Assembly (NCBI GenBank): GCA_035221665.1
Contig: CM069134.1
Location: 54,870,001 to 54,934,000 of the forward strand
Length of the DNA stretch: 64,000 nt
Direction of reading: 5' to 3'
From: Okamejei kenojei
Lineage: Eukaryota
A program made the position numbers and the translations under genes. Shown in pieces: positions 23,914 through 35,061 of this stretch (position 1 is the stretch's first letter; each line of letters starts with the position of its first letter). The notes under the pieces were generated by a model, which was not told the origin of the DNA, searched no databases, and saw nothing but the letters and a program-made list of their open reading frames with translations.

Positions 23914-26090
23914 TTCATACCCCCTTCACTTTTTCCACATTTTGTTACGTTACAGCCTTATTTTAAATTTGATTAAATTATTTTTTTTTATCATCAATCT
24001 ACACACAATACCCCAGAAAGAAGAAGGGAAATCAGGTGTTTAGAAATGTTTGCAAAGTAATTCAAAAGAAATAGCTGAAAAATCACATTTACATAAGTAT
24101 TCAGACCCTTTGCTATGACACTCAAAATTGAGCTTAGGTTCATCCTGTTTCCATTGATAATCTTTGAGATGTTTCTACAACTTGATTGGAGTCCACCAGT
24201 GGTAAATTAACTTGATTGGACATGATTTGGAGAGGCACACACCTGTCTATATAAGGTCCCACAGTTGACAGTGCATGTCAGAGCAAAAACCAAGCAATGA
24301 AGATGGAGGAATTATCCGTAGACTTCCGAGACAGGATTGTGTCGAGACACAGATCTGGGGAAGGGTATAAAACAAATTATCAGTATTGCAGGTCCCAAAG
24401 AGCACAGTGGCCTCCGTCATTCTTAAATGAAAGAACTTTGGAACCACCAGGACTCTTCATAGAGCTGACAGCCCAGCCAAACTGAGCAATCGGGGAGAAG
24501 GGCCTTGGTCAGGGAGGTGACCAAGAACCTGATGGTCACTCTGACAGAGCTCCAGAGTTTCTCTGTGGAGATGGGAGAATCGGTCAGATGGAGCAGCATT
24601 CCACCACTCAGGCCTTTATGGTAAAGTGGCCAGATGGAAGCCACTCTTCAGTTAAAGGCACATGACAGCCCGCTTTGAGTTTGCCAAAAGGCACCTAAAG
24701 GACTCTCAGACCATGAGAAACAAGATTCTCTGGTCTGATGAAACCAAGATTGAACTGTTTGGAATGAATGCCATGTGTCACGTCTGGAGGAAACCAGGCA
24801 CCTCTCATCACGGTGAAGCATGGTGGTGGCAGCATCATGCCGTGGGGATGTTTTTCAGCGGCAGGAGCTGGGAGACTAATCAGGATCGAGGGAAAGATGA
24901 ACGGAGCAAAGTACAGAGAGATCCTTGATGAAAACCAGAATAGCGTTCAGGACCTCAGACTGGGACAGAGATTCACCTTCCAACAGCACAACGACCCTAA
25001 GCACACAGCCAAGACAATGCAGGAGTGGCTTGGTGGCAAGTCTGTGAATGTCCTTGAATGGCCCAGTCAGAGCCCGGACTTGAACCCGATCGAACATCTC
25101 TGGACGGACCTGAAAATAGCAGTGCATCGACGCTCCCTATCCAACATGACATAGCTTGAGAAGATTTGCAGAGGAGAATGAATGGGAGAAATTACCCAAA
25201 TACAGGTGTGCCAAGCTTGTAGCGTCATACCCAAGAAGACTTGAGGCTGTAATCGCTGCCAACAGTGCCTCAACAAAGTACTGAGTAAAGGGTCTGAATA
25301 CTTATGTAAATGTGATATTTCAGTTAGTTCTTTTTTATTACTTTGCATACATTTCTTTTATTTTTTTTTATTTTTTATATTTTTTAAATTTTATAATACA
25401 ACTTAGGAGATGGGTCCGTAGGTACAGAAAACAAAACAATTCGTCTAGTCCTGGGTTCAAGCTTCCGTCGAGCCTCAGCGCTGGCCCATTCTACCCCTTC
25501 AAATAATCTATGAACGGAGACCATATTCTAATAAATAATTCAGGTTTGTCGATTAAGACAAATCTAAATTTTTCCAGATTTAAGGTCTCCGAGATCTCCA
25601 TAATCCACATTTTAATTGTAGGGGATGCAGGGTTTTTCCAAAATTTTAATATTAGTTTTTTCCCAGTTATTATACTATAATCCAGGAAATTTCTTTGGTT
25701 TATTGTCAGTTTTAGGTATTGTTCAGACATGCCCAATATTATTAATTTAGGATCGGGATCCAGTTGACTATTAACCACTATGGAAATAATTTTAAAAATA
25801 TCCACCCAAAATGTTTTAATTTTTATGCAATTTACAAAGGTATGGGTTAAATTAGCCTCAGAATATTGACATTTATTGCAGACAGGAGAGATATTAGGAA
25901 AAAGTCTGTTTAATTTTGTTTTAGAATACATTTTGCATACATTTCTAAACACGTTTTTGCATTTTATTATGAGGTATTGTGTGTAGATTGATAATAAAAA
26001 AGAAAAAAAATTGATCAATTTTAGAATAAGGCTGTAACGTCACAAAATGTGGAAAAAGTGAAGGGGCCTGAATACTTTCTGAATGCACTG
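23914..26090 (+). mobile_element. Tc1 transposon B with a frameshifted DD34E transposase (24297-25283)
   Basis: ELSVDFRDRIVSRHRSGEGY; ILWSDETKIELFG; [12 protein letters not shown]; FQQHNDPKH (catalytic D replaced by H); [12 protein letters not shown]. Right TIR ends gaatgcactg|TA; the left TIR tip is deleted. Confidence 0.93.
25357..25931 (-). mobile_element. 5'-truncated L1 LINE inside the right TIR of Tc1-B
   Basis: CCHC knuckle CNKC....ANLTHTFVNC and W..F..YL C-terminus; A-rich tail; 15-bp TSD tttgcatacatttct at 25342-25356 and 25932-25946. Confidence 0.92.
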
Positions 26091-26799
26091 TACCTGAAAT
26101 TGGGGGGTAGGGGGGGGGAACTATGTATAAACATTGCTGGAATTTCTACAAAGTGAAACCAAAGTGAAACCAAAGTGCATATTTTGACCACATGTGATTT
26201 TTTTTCTATTACAAATCTCAAATTGTGGAGTACAAAGGCAAATAAATAAATGATGGGTCTTTGTCCCAAACATTATGGAGGGCACTGCATGAAACAAGCT
26301 GCCAGAGGAAATGGTAGAGACAGGCACAATTACCAATTGTTTAAAAGACATTTGCACAACTTTGTTCATAGGAACCGTTTGGAGGGATATGGACCAAGCA
26401 CAGGAAAGTAGATCGACTGAAGAAGGGCCTCGACCCGAAACATCACCCATTCCTTCTCTCCTGAGATGCTGCCTGTCCCGCTGATTTACTCCAGCTTATT
26501 GTCTCTATCTTCAATTAGATCTAGCTTGGTTAGGCAAATTGGTCAACTTGGATGGGTTGAGGTAAAGTACCTGTTTCTGTGCTATTTGACTCTATGTGTT
26601 AAAAACTATGCAAAATATTAGAACTAAGTTTGCAGTTTGAATTTTTCAAACTAGTTCACACTGTATAAAGAACAACCTCTGAAATACCTTACGTTTATCT
26701 GAATTAGTTTAATATTCCATCACTTCCTAAACATTATCAGCAAAATCTATCAGCAATCATCTCTGGTTCCACAATCTAGAGTTTTCAAATGTGGAACTC

Positions 26800-28007
26800 A
26801 AGTGCCTGTCGGCGACTGTCAATTCGCCTGCACTCGCCTGAAAAACTGGGAACTGGAACGGCGACTGTCAGTGACACACACACACACACATCGCAAAGGC
26901 GGGGGCCAGGCCAAGCGGGTGGTGCGCTGTCTAAAATTCACATGGTGGAAACCCAAGGCGATACAGACACACGCAGACACAGTGAATGGTTAGTCCCTTT
27001 AAAAGTGTGGGGAGGGGAGAAGTGGGGGGGGGGGGGGGAGAGAAATGGGGGGGAAAGAAGTGGGGGGGGAGAGAAGTGGGTGGGGGAGAGAAGTGGGTGA
27101 GAGAGGGGGGGGGAGAGAGAGAAGGGGGGAGAGAGGGGGGGGAGGTGAAGGGGGGGCAGAAGGGGGGAGGAGAAGGGGAGGAGAGGGGCGAAGGAGAAGG
27201 GCGGAGGAGAAGGGAGGGGCGGAGGAGGGGGGAGAGGAGGTGGAGAATGGGGGGGGAGAATGGGGGGGGAGGAGGAGGGGGGGGAGGAGGGGGGAGGAGG
27301 GGGGGGAGGAGGGGGGAGGAGGAGGGTGGGGAGGAGGGGGGGAGGAGGGGGGGAGAAGTGGGTGGGAGAGAGAAGCGGGTGGAGAAGAGGGGTGAAGGGG
27401 AAGGAGAAAGGGGGGGAGGGGGAGAGGGGGTGGAGATGGGGGAGAAGGGGGGAGTGAGGGGGGGGCGAAAGGGGGGGGAATGAGGGGGGGGCGAAGGAGG
27501 GGGAGAAGGGGGGGGAGAAGTGGAGACACTTTTAAGAAGCCAGAAAACTTTTAATAAGCCAAAGATACACAGTTCTGAGGTTTGGCGGACATTAAACATT
27601 ACCGGTCGGTTCTCCTTTGTTCTGAAAACTCGTGCTTACGTTTTGTTTCCCCATGAGTCAATGAAAATGACCGGTCAGCAAAGGCGAATAACTAAAACTA
27701 CCTACGACTACCTCAACTACCCATAACTACATGGCGACCCCACTACAACTGCACCTACGACCACAGGTTTATCTATTGTCTCCACGGGCGCCCAATTTTT
27801 GGTCACAGAAATGTTTTCAACAAGTTGAAAAATTAGCGGTGACCATACCAAGGCAGCGACTAGTTCCCAGAATGTGGGAACTCCTTGCAACCATGAAGGA
27901 GACTCACCAGAGACAACCAGCAGACATATGGCGACCATGTGACGATCACGGGGCGAGCGCAGCGTCTCCTGCACTCGCCTAAAAGGTCGCTTAAGTGGGA
28001 CAGGCTC
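26800..28007. mobile_element. Harbinger-type non-autonomous element with an internal G-rich tract
   Basis: Right TIR gtcgcttaagtgggacaggctc; degenerate left end aagtgcctgtc; GGCGAC motif repeats. Confidence 0.6.
27008..27526. repeat. G/GA-rich polypurine tract with many G4-competent runs
   Basis: Directly visible; source of the Gly- and Pro-rich ORFs. Confidence 0.95.
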
Positions 28008-28230
28008 TTCAAGCAATCAATGTGAGGAGCACAGACAGATTAAACGGAAGCTCGCTAATATAAGGAAGAAAGAAATTTGAGTTTGCCAATAGGGTGAGGT
28101 GGAGTGGGTAGATGGAAGTTTTTATGCAGCCAAATGAATTATTCCTGTGCAGTTAGTCCAGTGCACTGTAATTCAGCTGTGACCTGTGAATGCCACAAAA
28201 GTATTATGACTATCTCTTGATCAGTCCTAC

Positions 28231-29041
28231 CTTTTATTGTAATTAAGTTATTAGCCAAGTATGTAAACATACAAGGAATTTGATTTGCCAAAAATCATAC
28301 AAAAAAGCAACAAGGTACATAACCACATAAAAATTAAACATAGACTTAAACAATGGCCTGTGAGAATCCCCAAGGCACACAGCATAAGTGGAGACCCACT
28401 GCCATCAGTTTAATGTCCGTGCCACACACACGCTGCTTCACCATGATGTGACCGGAGTTGTACCGCCCAATGTCTATTTCTGTGCAGTGCCTGTCCACCC
28501 GAACAGTCAGAAAGCTGTCCACACGCGCACTAGACTCTGGGATGTCCTCATGGAGCCATGTCCCCACAAAACACTGAGATCACTGCACTCACGGCACTCT
28601 CTCCCTCACGAGTGCAGGCAGCACGACCATCTTGTTTTTTCGGCGACCTCACATTCCCTACTGTGATGGAAGGCAAATAACATTTACCTTCTTTTCTCCT
28701 TTTCTCCCACGGTCAGGGCAATTGAAACTTCCGTGGTCGGGGCGATCGAAGCTCCCACAGTCACGATCGAAGCTCCCGCGATCGGGGCGGTCGAAGCTCC
28801 TGTGGTTGGCGCCCCCAGCAATCGATCCCTAACAAAGGGACTGCCAGCTCCATGATGTTAAAGCTGCTGTGCAGATGCAGACATGATGAAAAAGTTGCAT
28901 CTCCGTCGAGGAAAGAGATACAAAAGATTTCCCCCACACCCACATAATACAAAAACTAAAAGTACACTATAAACACGGACCAAAACCGCAAAAGAATAAA
29001 AAGACGAGACAGGCTGTTGGCGAGGCTGCCATGTACAGAGC
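28231..29041 (-). mobile_element. Internally deleted Rex1/Babar LINE: 5' UTR, start of APE endonuclease, and 3' tail
   Basis: Minus strand PSITVGNVRS..NKM..ECRECS..GTWLHEDIP..VRVDR..HIMVKQRVC.TDIKLMAVGL (28346-28672) is the Rex1 EN N-terminus. The 5' tip continues at 31751-31758 beyond the foldback element. Confidence 0.8.
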
Positions 29042-31741
29042 GTGTGCGGACGTGGCGCCGACGGACGAGAGGCCGAAGCAAAGAAGTTGAAGCCAAAGCA
29101 CCGAATGGAAACGAGGCTGAAACGCCAATAAACCGAAAGGGTACGAAGATGAAACGCCTACTAACCGAAAGGATGGGACGCCTAAATGCAAACTAACCGA
29201 AAGGGCGGGACGCCTAAAAGCCAACGAACCGAAAAGCTGCGTCACCTAAAAGCAAACTTGCCGAATGGCCGCTCTGTCAAAACATCACCTACCCGAAAGG
29301 CGGCGTCACCTACAAGACAACGGACTGACTGCCGCTCAATAGAAAAGTTCAATAACGGACATGACGTTGCCAGGGGGCGGGACTTGTCGGCGATTGGTCC
29401 AGACCCCTGCGTCCATCACATCACTGTGAAGGGATGAACATTGTGCCACACCTCCGCTCCACCCGACCTGCAGCCCGCGGAGGGTGGCCGTGGGAGAGTG
29501 GGGGCTGTCCCGAGGGATGCGCACCTTCAGCCGCTTTCAACTTGGTGGTTGGGTTCAGATTGTCCAGTCACCTATGGCTTGTGTGGGAAAAGGACCCCCA
29601 TGCTCCCATCTCCCCCTCTCTCCCTTCTCTCTCTCCCTTCTCTCTCTCTCCCCTCCTCTCTCTCTCCGCCCTCTCTCTCCCCTCTCTCTCCCTCCTCTCT
29701 CCTCCTCCCTCCTCTCTCCCCCCCTACTCTCTCTCATCCTCTCTCCCCTCTCTCTCTTCCCTTCTCTCTCAGCCCTTCTCTCTTTCTCTCCCTTCTCTCT
29801 CCCCCTTTATCTCAGCCCCCCTCTTTCTCTCCTTCTCTCTCTCTCCCTTCTCTCTCTCCTCCTCTCTCACCCCTCCCTCTCTCTCTCCCCCCTCTCTCCC
29901 TTCACTCTCCCCTTCTCTCTTTCTCTCCCCCTCTCTCACTCTCTTGCCCCCACTCTCCCTTCTCAATCTCCCCTTCTCCCTCTCCCCCCTCTCTCTCCCT
30001 TCTCTCTCTCCCCTTCTCTCTTTCTCTCCCCTTTTCGGATGTTTGGTGGCGTTTCGGAAGTAGACGCTTCAGGTCTGAAGAATGGTCTCGGCACGAAATG
30101 TCACCCATTCCTTCTCTCCAGAGATGCTGCCTGTTTTGTGGGTTGGAGCTTGTGTGCGTTCCGCAAGCAACGAGACGGTAATAAATAAAATGTGCTTCTT
30201 GTTGTTGGGGGGGTGGGGGGAGGTAAGTGGGAGGAGAAAAAATTGTTTGTTGTTATGCAGACTTGTCACAGACCCACCAGAGAATGTGTGTGTGTCCCAT
30301 GTTTTCAAAGCGATTTACTCTGCCTCGAACCGTCTGTCCCCGCGGCCGGGGTGAATCACCCGGTGTGGGTGTCAGGGTCCGGGGGTCGGGGGGGGGGGGG
30401 GGGGGTTGGGGGGGGATATCACCCTGGTGTGGGGGTTGGGGTCCGATGGTGGTGCATAGCGGTCAGTGACTCTGGGACGCTCCCGCCGGTGGAGATGGAG
30501 GAGATAGAGAAGGAGGAGAGAGAGAAAGAGAGAAGGGAGGGAGAGAGAAGGGAGAGAGAGGGGGGAGAGAGAGGAGGGGAAGATAGAGGAGGAGAGAGAG
30601 AAGGGGGGGAGAGAGAGAAGGGAGGAGGAGAGGCATAGAGAGAAAGGGAGAGAGAGAGGGGAGAGAGAGAGGGGGGAGAGAGAGAAGAGGGGGGGGAAGA
30701 GGAGAGAGAAGAGGGAGAGAGAGACGAGGGGGGAGAGAAGAGAGAAGAGTGGGAGAGAGAGGATGAGAGAGAAGAGGGGAGAGAGAGGAGGAGAGAGAGA
30801 AGAGGAGAGCAAGACGAGGGGGGGAGAAGAGAGAAGTGGCGAGAGAGGAGGAGAGAGATTGAAGGGGGAGAAGAAGGGGAGAGAGAGAAGGGAGAGAGGG
30901 GGAGAGAGAGAGGTGGGGAAGAGAGAGAGGGGGGAGAGAGAGAAGGGAGAGAGGCGGAGAGAGAGAAGGGAGAGAGAGAGGGGACAGAGAGAAGAGAGGA
31001 GAGAGAGGAGGAGAGAGAAGAGGAGAGAGAGAGAAGGGGAGAGAGAGGAGGAGAGGGAGAAGTGGAGAGAGAGGAGGGGAGAGAGAAGAGAGGAGAATGA
31101 GGAGGAGAGAGTGAAGGGCAAGAGAGAGAAGGGAGAGAGAGAAGGGGGAGAGAGAGAAGAGGGGAGAGAGAACGGGGAGACAGGAGCGTGGGGGTCCTTT
31201 TCCCACACAAGCCATAGGTGACTGGGCAATCTGAACTCAAGCACCAGTTGAAAGTGGCTGAAGGTGCGCATCCCTCGGGACAGCCCCCACTATCCCACGG
31301 CCACCCTCCGCGGGCTGCGGGTTGGGTGGAGCGGAGGTGTGGGACAATGATCATCCCTTCACAGTGATGTGATTCATGCGGGACCAATCGCTGACAAGTC
31401 CTGCCCCCCCCCGGCAACGTCATGTCCGTTATAGGACTTTTCTGTTGAGTGGCAGTCGGTCGTTGTCTTGTAGGCGACTCCGCCTTTCGGGTAGGTGGCG
31501 CTTCGACAGAGCGGCTATTCGGTAAGTTTGCTTTTAGACGATGCAGCTTTTCGGTTTGTTAGCTTTTAGGTGTCCCGCACTTTCGGTTAGTTTCATTTAG
31601 GCGTCCCGTCCTTTCGGTTAGTAGGCGTTTCGTTTTCGTACTCTTTCGTTTTATTGACGTTTCAGCCTCGTTTCCATTCGGTTCTTTGGCTTCGACGTCT
31701 TTGCTTCGGCCTCTCGTCCGTCGGCGCCACGTCCGGGTACC
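29042..31741. mobile_element. Foldback (MULE/Rehavkus-like) non-autonomous transposon with about 1-kb inverted arms
   Basis: 29047-29610 is the reverse complement of about 31180-31735. CT tract 29610-30030 mirrors GA tract 30490-31180. CCGAA sub-repeats in the arms; 9-bp TSD gtacagagc/gtacggagc at 29033-29041 and 31742-31750. Confidence 0.82.
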
Positions 31742-31963
31742 GTACGGAGCCACCCGGTACGGATGAAAAGGGATTATGGAAAATGGATTACACTGTAAAT
31801 GGATCGATTGTAATCATGTATTGTCTGTCCGCTAACTGCTTAGCACTCAACAAAAAGCTTTTCGTTTTACCTCGGTACTCATGATAATAAACTAAACTAT
31901 CTAGGTCTCTGAAGCATATTTTCCAATTTATTGCTCAGAGATTGAGCTGGATTTTGTAGTTAA

Positions 31964-32467
31964 GGGGTGTCCCACTGCGGCAACCTACTTGGCGAGTTTA
32001 GAAGAGTTTAGGAGAGTTTGAAAAAGTGTCGTGTTGAAGACCTCCTTCGACTAGCTACAGGAAAATTGGACACTGAATAGTGGAGAGTGAAGACGACCTC
32101 CTTCGATCTCCTTCAACCTCCTTTCGACTATGTCGAAGACTATCTACGACTACCTCCGATTAACTTCGACTACCCTCGATTACCTACAAATAACATGCCG
32201 ACCTGCTACGATCTACCTCGACTAAACCTACGAGTAAAAAAAAAATTGATTTTTCCATGGCGACCTTTTTATACTCGCGGGCATTTTTCAGCATGTTGAA
32301 AAATACGCTGCGACCTAGCTGAGGCCTCGAGTACGAGGGGACTACTCTCGAGCGTGAAGGAGAGTTACAAAGACCTCCTAGGACCTCGTGTCGACCATGC
32401 TGTGAGTATGAGTCGAGGGAAAACTCTTCTGAACTTGCGGATTAGGTCGCAGCAGTGGGACAGCCCC
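31964..32467. mobile_element. Complete Harbinger-type MITE
   Basis: TIRs ggggtgtcccactgcggcaacct / aggtcgcagcagtgggacagcccc, flanked by TAA and TTT (approximately TWA). Confidence 0.75.
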
Positions 32468-32589
32468 TTTAATCTTGTCATTTAAAGAGGAATGCCGGGG
32501 AGTTAAGTGCAGTACTAGGTCAATAATTGGACTGCTTAAACTCGTTTAATTTCCTTGTCCATAACAATCTGTGATAGAGCACAGACTTT

Positions 32590-32985
32590 CGGACCAGTGC
32601 TGAGCACTTCAAGCTCCCCCTCCCATTCCAAATCTGACCTTTCTGTCCTGGGCCTCCTCCATGGCCTGAGGACCACCGTAAATTGGAGGAGCAGCACCTC
32701 CTATTTCGCTGGGGCAGTTTACACCCCAGCGGTATGAACATTAACTTCTCTAATTTCAGGTAGTCCCTACTTTTTCCTCCCCTTCTCAGCTCTCCCTCAG
32801 CCCACTGTCTCCACCTCTTCCTTTCTTCTTCCCGCCCCCCCCCCACCCTCACATCAGTCTGATGAAAGGTCTCAACCCGAAACGTTGCCTATTTCCTTCG
32901 CTCCATAGATGCTGCCTCACCCACTAAGTTTCTCCAGCATTTTTGTCCTCCTTCAGTTTTCCAGCATCTGCAGTTCCTTCTTAAT
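32590..32985 (+). mobile_element. Penelope 3' fragment (end of GIY-YIG plus pLTR)
   Basis: SDLSVLGLLHG..KLEEQHL homology to 7300-7470; ctgatgaaaggtctcaacccgaaacgt motif at 32859. Confidence 0.85.
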
Positions 32986-33324
32986 CATCCTTGCTATTTC
33001 AAGTCAGTCAAATTTTAGATCACATTGTTAAATGTTTAACAGTTGAGCCATAGCTGATCCTAAAGCTATCTTTCTTTTAAATGGCCAGGTCTTGGAACGT
33101 TTGGCAGGAATGTCCTGCAGTAATTGGTTAATTATAGCTAAATTAGTGCATATTAAGTTGAAATAAGTCGAACAACCATTTTCTGAATTTAATTGGTTAA
33201 ATTAGGTACATTTTACATGCAGCACAACTTGACATAGAATTTGATAACTGCAAACAATGGTATTAAAAAAAAATCTAACTATGTGGAATCGAATATATCA
33301 GAAATCATTTTAGAGTGATACAGT

Positions 33325-34167
33325 AGCCACTAGGGGTGCTGCATTGGAGGCAGCCTCTGCCTTCAGTCTGTCCTTTTTTTCTATCTTTTTTTTATTTTAG
33401 TTGGTGTTAAAAGTGTGTGTTTGGAGTTTCTTTACATTTTTTGTGTGGGGGAGAGGGGTAGGGTAAGGAGGAAACCACTTCTCAGTCGCTTCCTGGCGAG
33501 GACGCGACTATTCTCCGAGTCGTGTCTTTGCCCCGCTCTTCGCGGCCTGCCAACTTAATCAGACCGGCCATTCCTGTCGGGGACGGAGTCGCAGCGCTGG
33601 ATTCACCGTGGAGCGGATGCCTACCTGGATCGCCGTTTGAAGCTCCAGAGTGCTGGGCCCGCTGTTCCAACATTGTGGAGCTGAGGTTTGAAGAGCTCCC
33701 AACGCGGGCGGCGCTGACCTCAACATCGAGGTCCCTCGGACCCTTTGCCAAGGGCCGCCAGCTTGATTCTCCGCCCAGCGCGGCCTGTGGACTCCGGGAG
33801 CCGCGGACTCTGGTAGGAAGCGGCCGATTCGGAGGTCCAAGCCACGGAGGTTGTTCTCCCGGTCCGACGTCGGAGTTCCATCCCGGCGAGTGGGCCTGAA
33901 CACCGGGCCACCCTTAGCGGCGACTGCGGAAGGCTCGGGAGGCCCCGACCACGGGTGAACATTAAGAACAACTGAGGAAGAGGACTGACTTGGTGCCTTC
34001 CCTCACAGTGGGAAACTTTGATTCTGTTGTGTGGGGATGTTTTATGTTGGATTCTATTGTGTGTTGTGTGCTTTATTTTAATTGTATGGCTGTATGGTGA
34101 ACACGCATTTCACTGTGCCAACTGGCACATGTGACAAATAAATGTATCTTATATCTTGTATCTTGTA
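33325..34167 (+). mobile_element. Rex1/Babar-derived bipartite non-autonomous element
   Basis: CpG-rich 5' part homologous to 49379-49600 and 28690-29030; gccttccctcacagtgggaa junction; AATAAA plus (tatcttg)n tail. Confidence 0.7.
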
Positions 34168-34456
34168 TGGAAACAGGCCTTTCGGCCCAACTTGTCCACA
34201 CCAGCAAGTTCAACATTTACTTGAAAGATGTCGTCTCAGTTCTCACTGACCTACATTCATTCCGCTTTGCCAAAAGCTTGATTTAAAGATTCTCATCCTG
34301 CTCTTTAAAATGTTGTTCCCTCTCCCCCTGCCATCTTCTCCAGGTCTACAATTGTCTGAGATCCTAGCATTTCTCCAAATCTAGCTTTGTGTCTATTGCA
34401 AATTTTCATTGCTGCCATCATGAGCCTAAGCTTTGAAATTTCATCCTTAAACCGGA

Positions 34457-34773
34457 ACCTGTCGCCGGTTGACGTAGGTAGTCACCAATGGAATTCACCA
34501 AAGTAAGCATCAGGCGACAACCAACGTCACCTGGCGTCATCCTGCCGACAACCTACGACAGCCTACAACAGCACCTATGACAGAAGAAGACAGGCAACGT
34601 CAAGTCACTGTCGTCGAAAGGTTTTTAACTTTTCAAAATCCAACAGCGACATGAAAAATGTTACGACACTTGAAGAGCCAACTCACGACAATATAGGCGT
34701 CATTCCGCGACCATGTGGCGACAGCCTATTTTACCGCTGTCGCCGAAAAAAATCGCCTCAGTGGGACAGGCCC
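34457..34773. mobile_element. Harbinger-type MITE fragment (right TIR)
   Basis: Ends aatcgcctcagtgggacaggccc|TTA; reverse-complement homology to 13265-13570. Confidence 0.7.
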
Positions 34774-35061
34774 TTAAATCTTCCACATGTTGAAACACTG
34801 GGGAATGACGTGTAACTCTAGTGAGACCCTGAGTGTAAGCCCATGTTTTGCCAGTTGATTTTTTCTCTGTTGGTTCCAAAGCAATGGAATCCTAAAGTGT
34901 CTCCAGGCTGAGATACATAACTACACCTATAAGGTGCAAAGGACACTCTATACTTTAGTCTTCATATAGTAGTCACAGGTAGTGATCATGTTCCAAATTC
35001 TTCCAAAGCTTTCGAATAAGATTTTAATGAAGAAAAGAATTACTTGGATTTGTTGACTGTT

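Larger units (their letters stand above)
21233..26287 (+). mobile_element. Tc1 transposon A (IR/DR type, about 200-bp TIRs), defective
   Basis: TIRs cagtgctatccataatgtttgggacaaagac / gtctttgtcccaaacattatggagggcactg; inner direct repeat ccataatgtttggga near 21440. HTH fragment at 21606-21806; C-terminus AWQSITREDTQQLVMSMNCRLKAVIACKGYATKY* at 23710-23887. The DDE core is deleted. Confidence 0.9.
20630..26596 (+). mobile_element. CR1 LINE fragment (20630-21232, 26288-26412, 26513-26596) hosting nested insertions
   Basis: The CR1 sequence ggtgtgtgta|tgaaacaagctgccagagg is split at a TA by a Tc1 element, and again by a pLTR at 26416-26512. Confidence 0.8.

Noticed and set aside
26931-27599. Pro-rich and Gly-rich ORFs (extensin- or formin-like)
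   Set aside because: Products of a G-rich tract inside a MITE-like element.
29130-29320. Periodic CCGAA repeats as a CRISPR-like array
   Set aside because: Degenerate tandem sub-repeats mirrored in the opposite TIR arm; no constant repeat with unique spacers and no cas genes.
29434-31423. Long 200-334 aa Ser/Leu/Pro-rich ORFs
   Set aside because: Open frames across the CT/GA tracts of the foldback arms.
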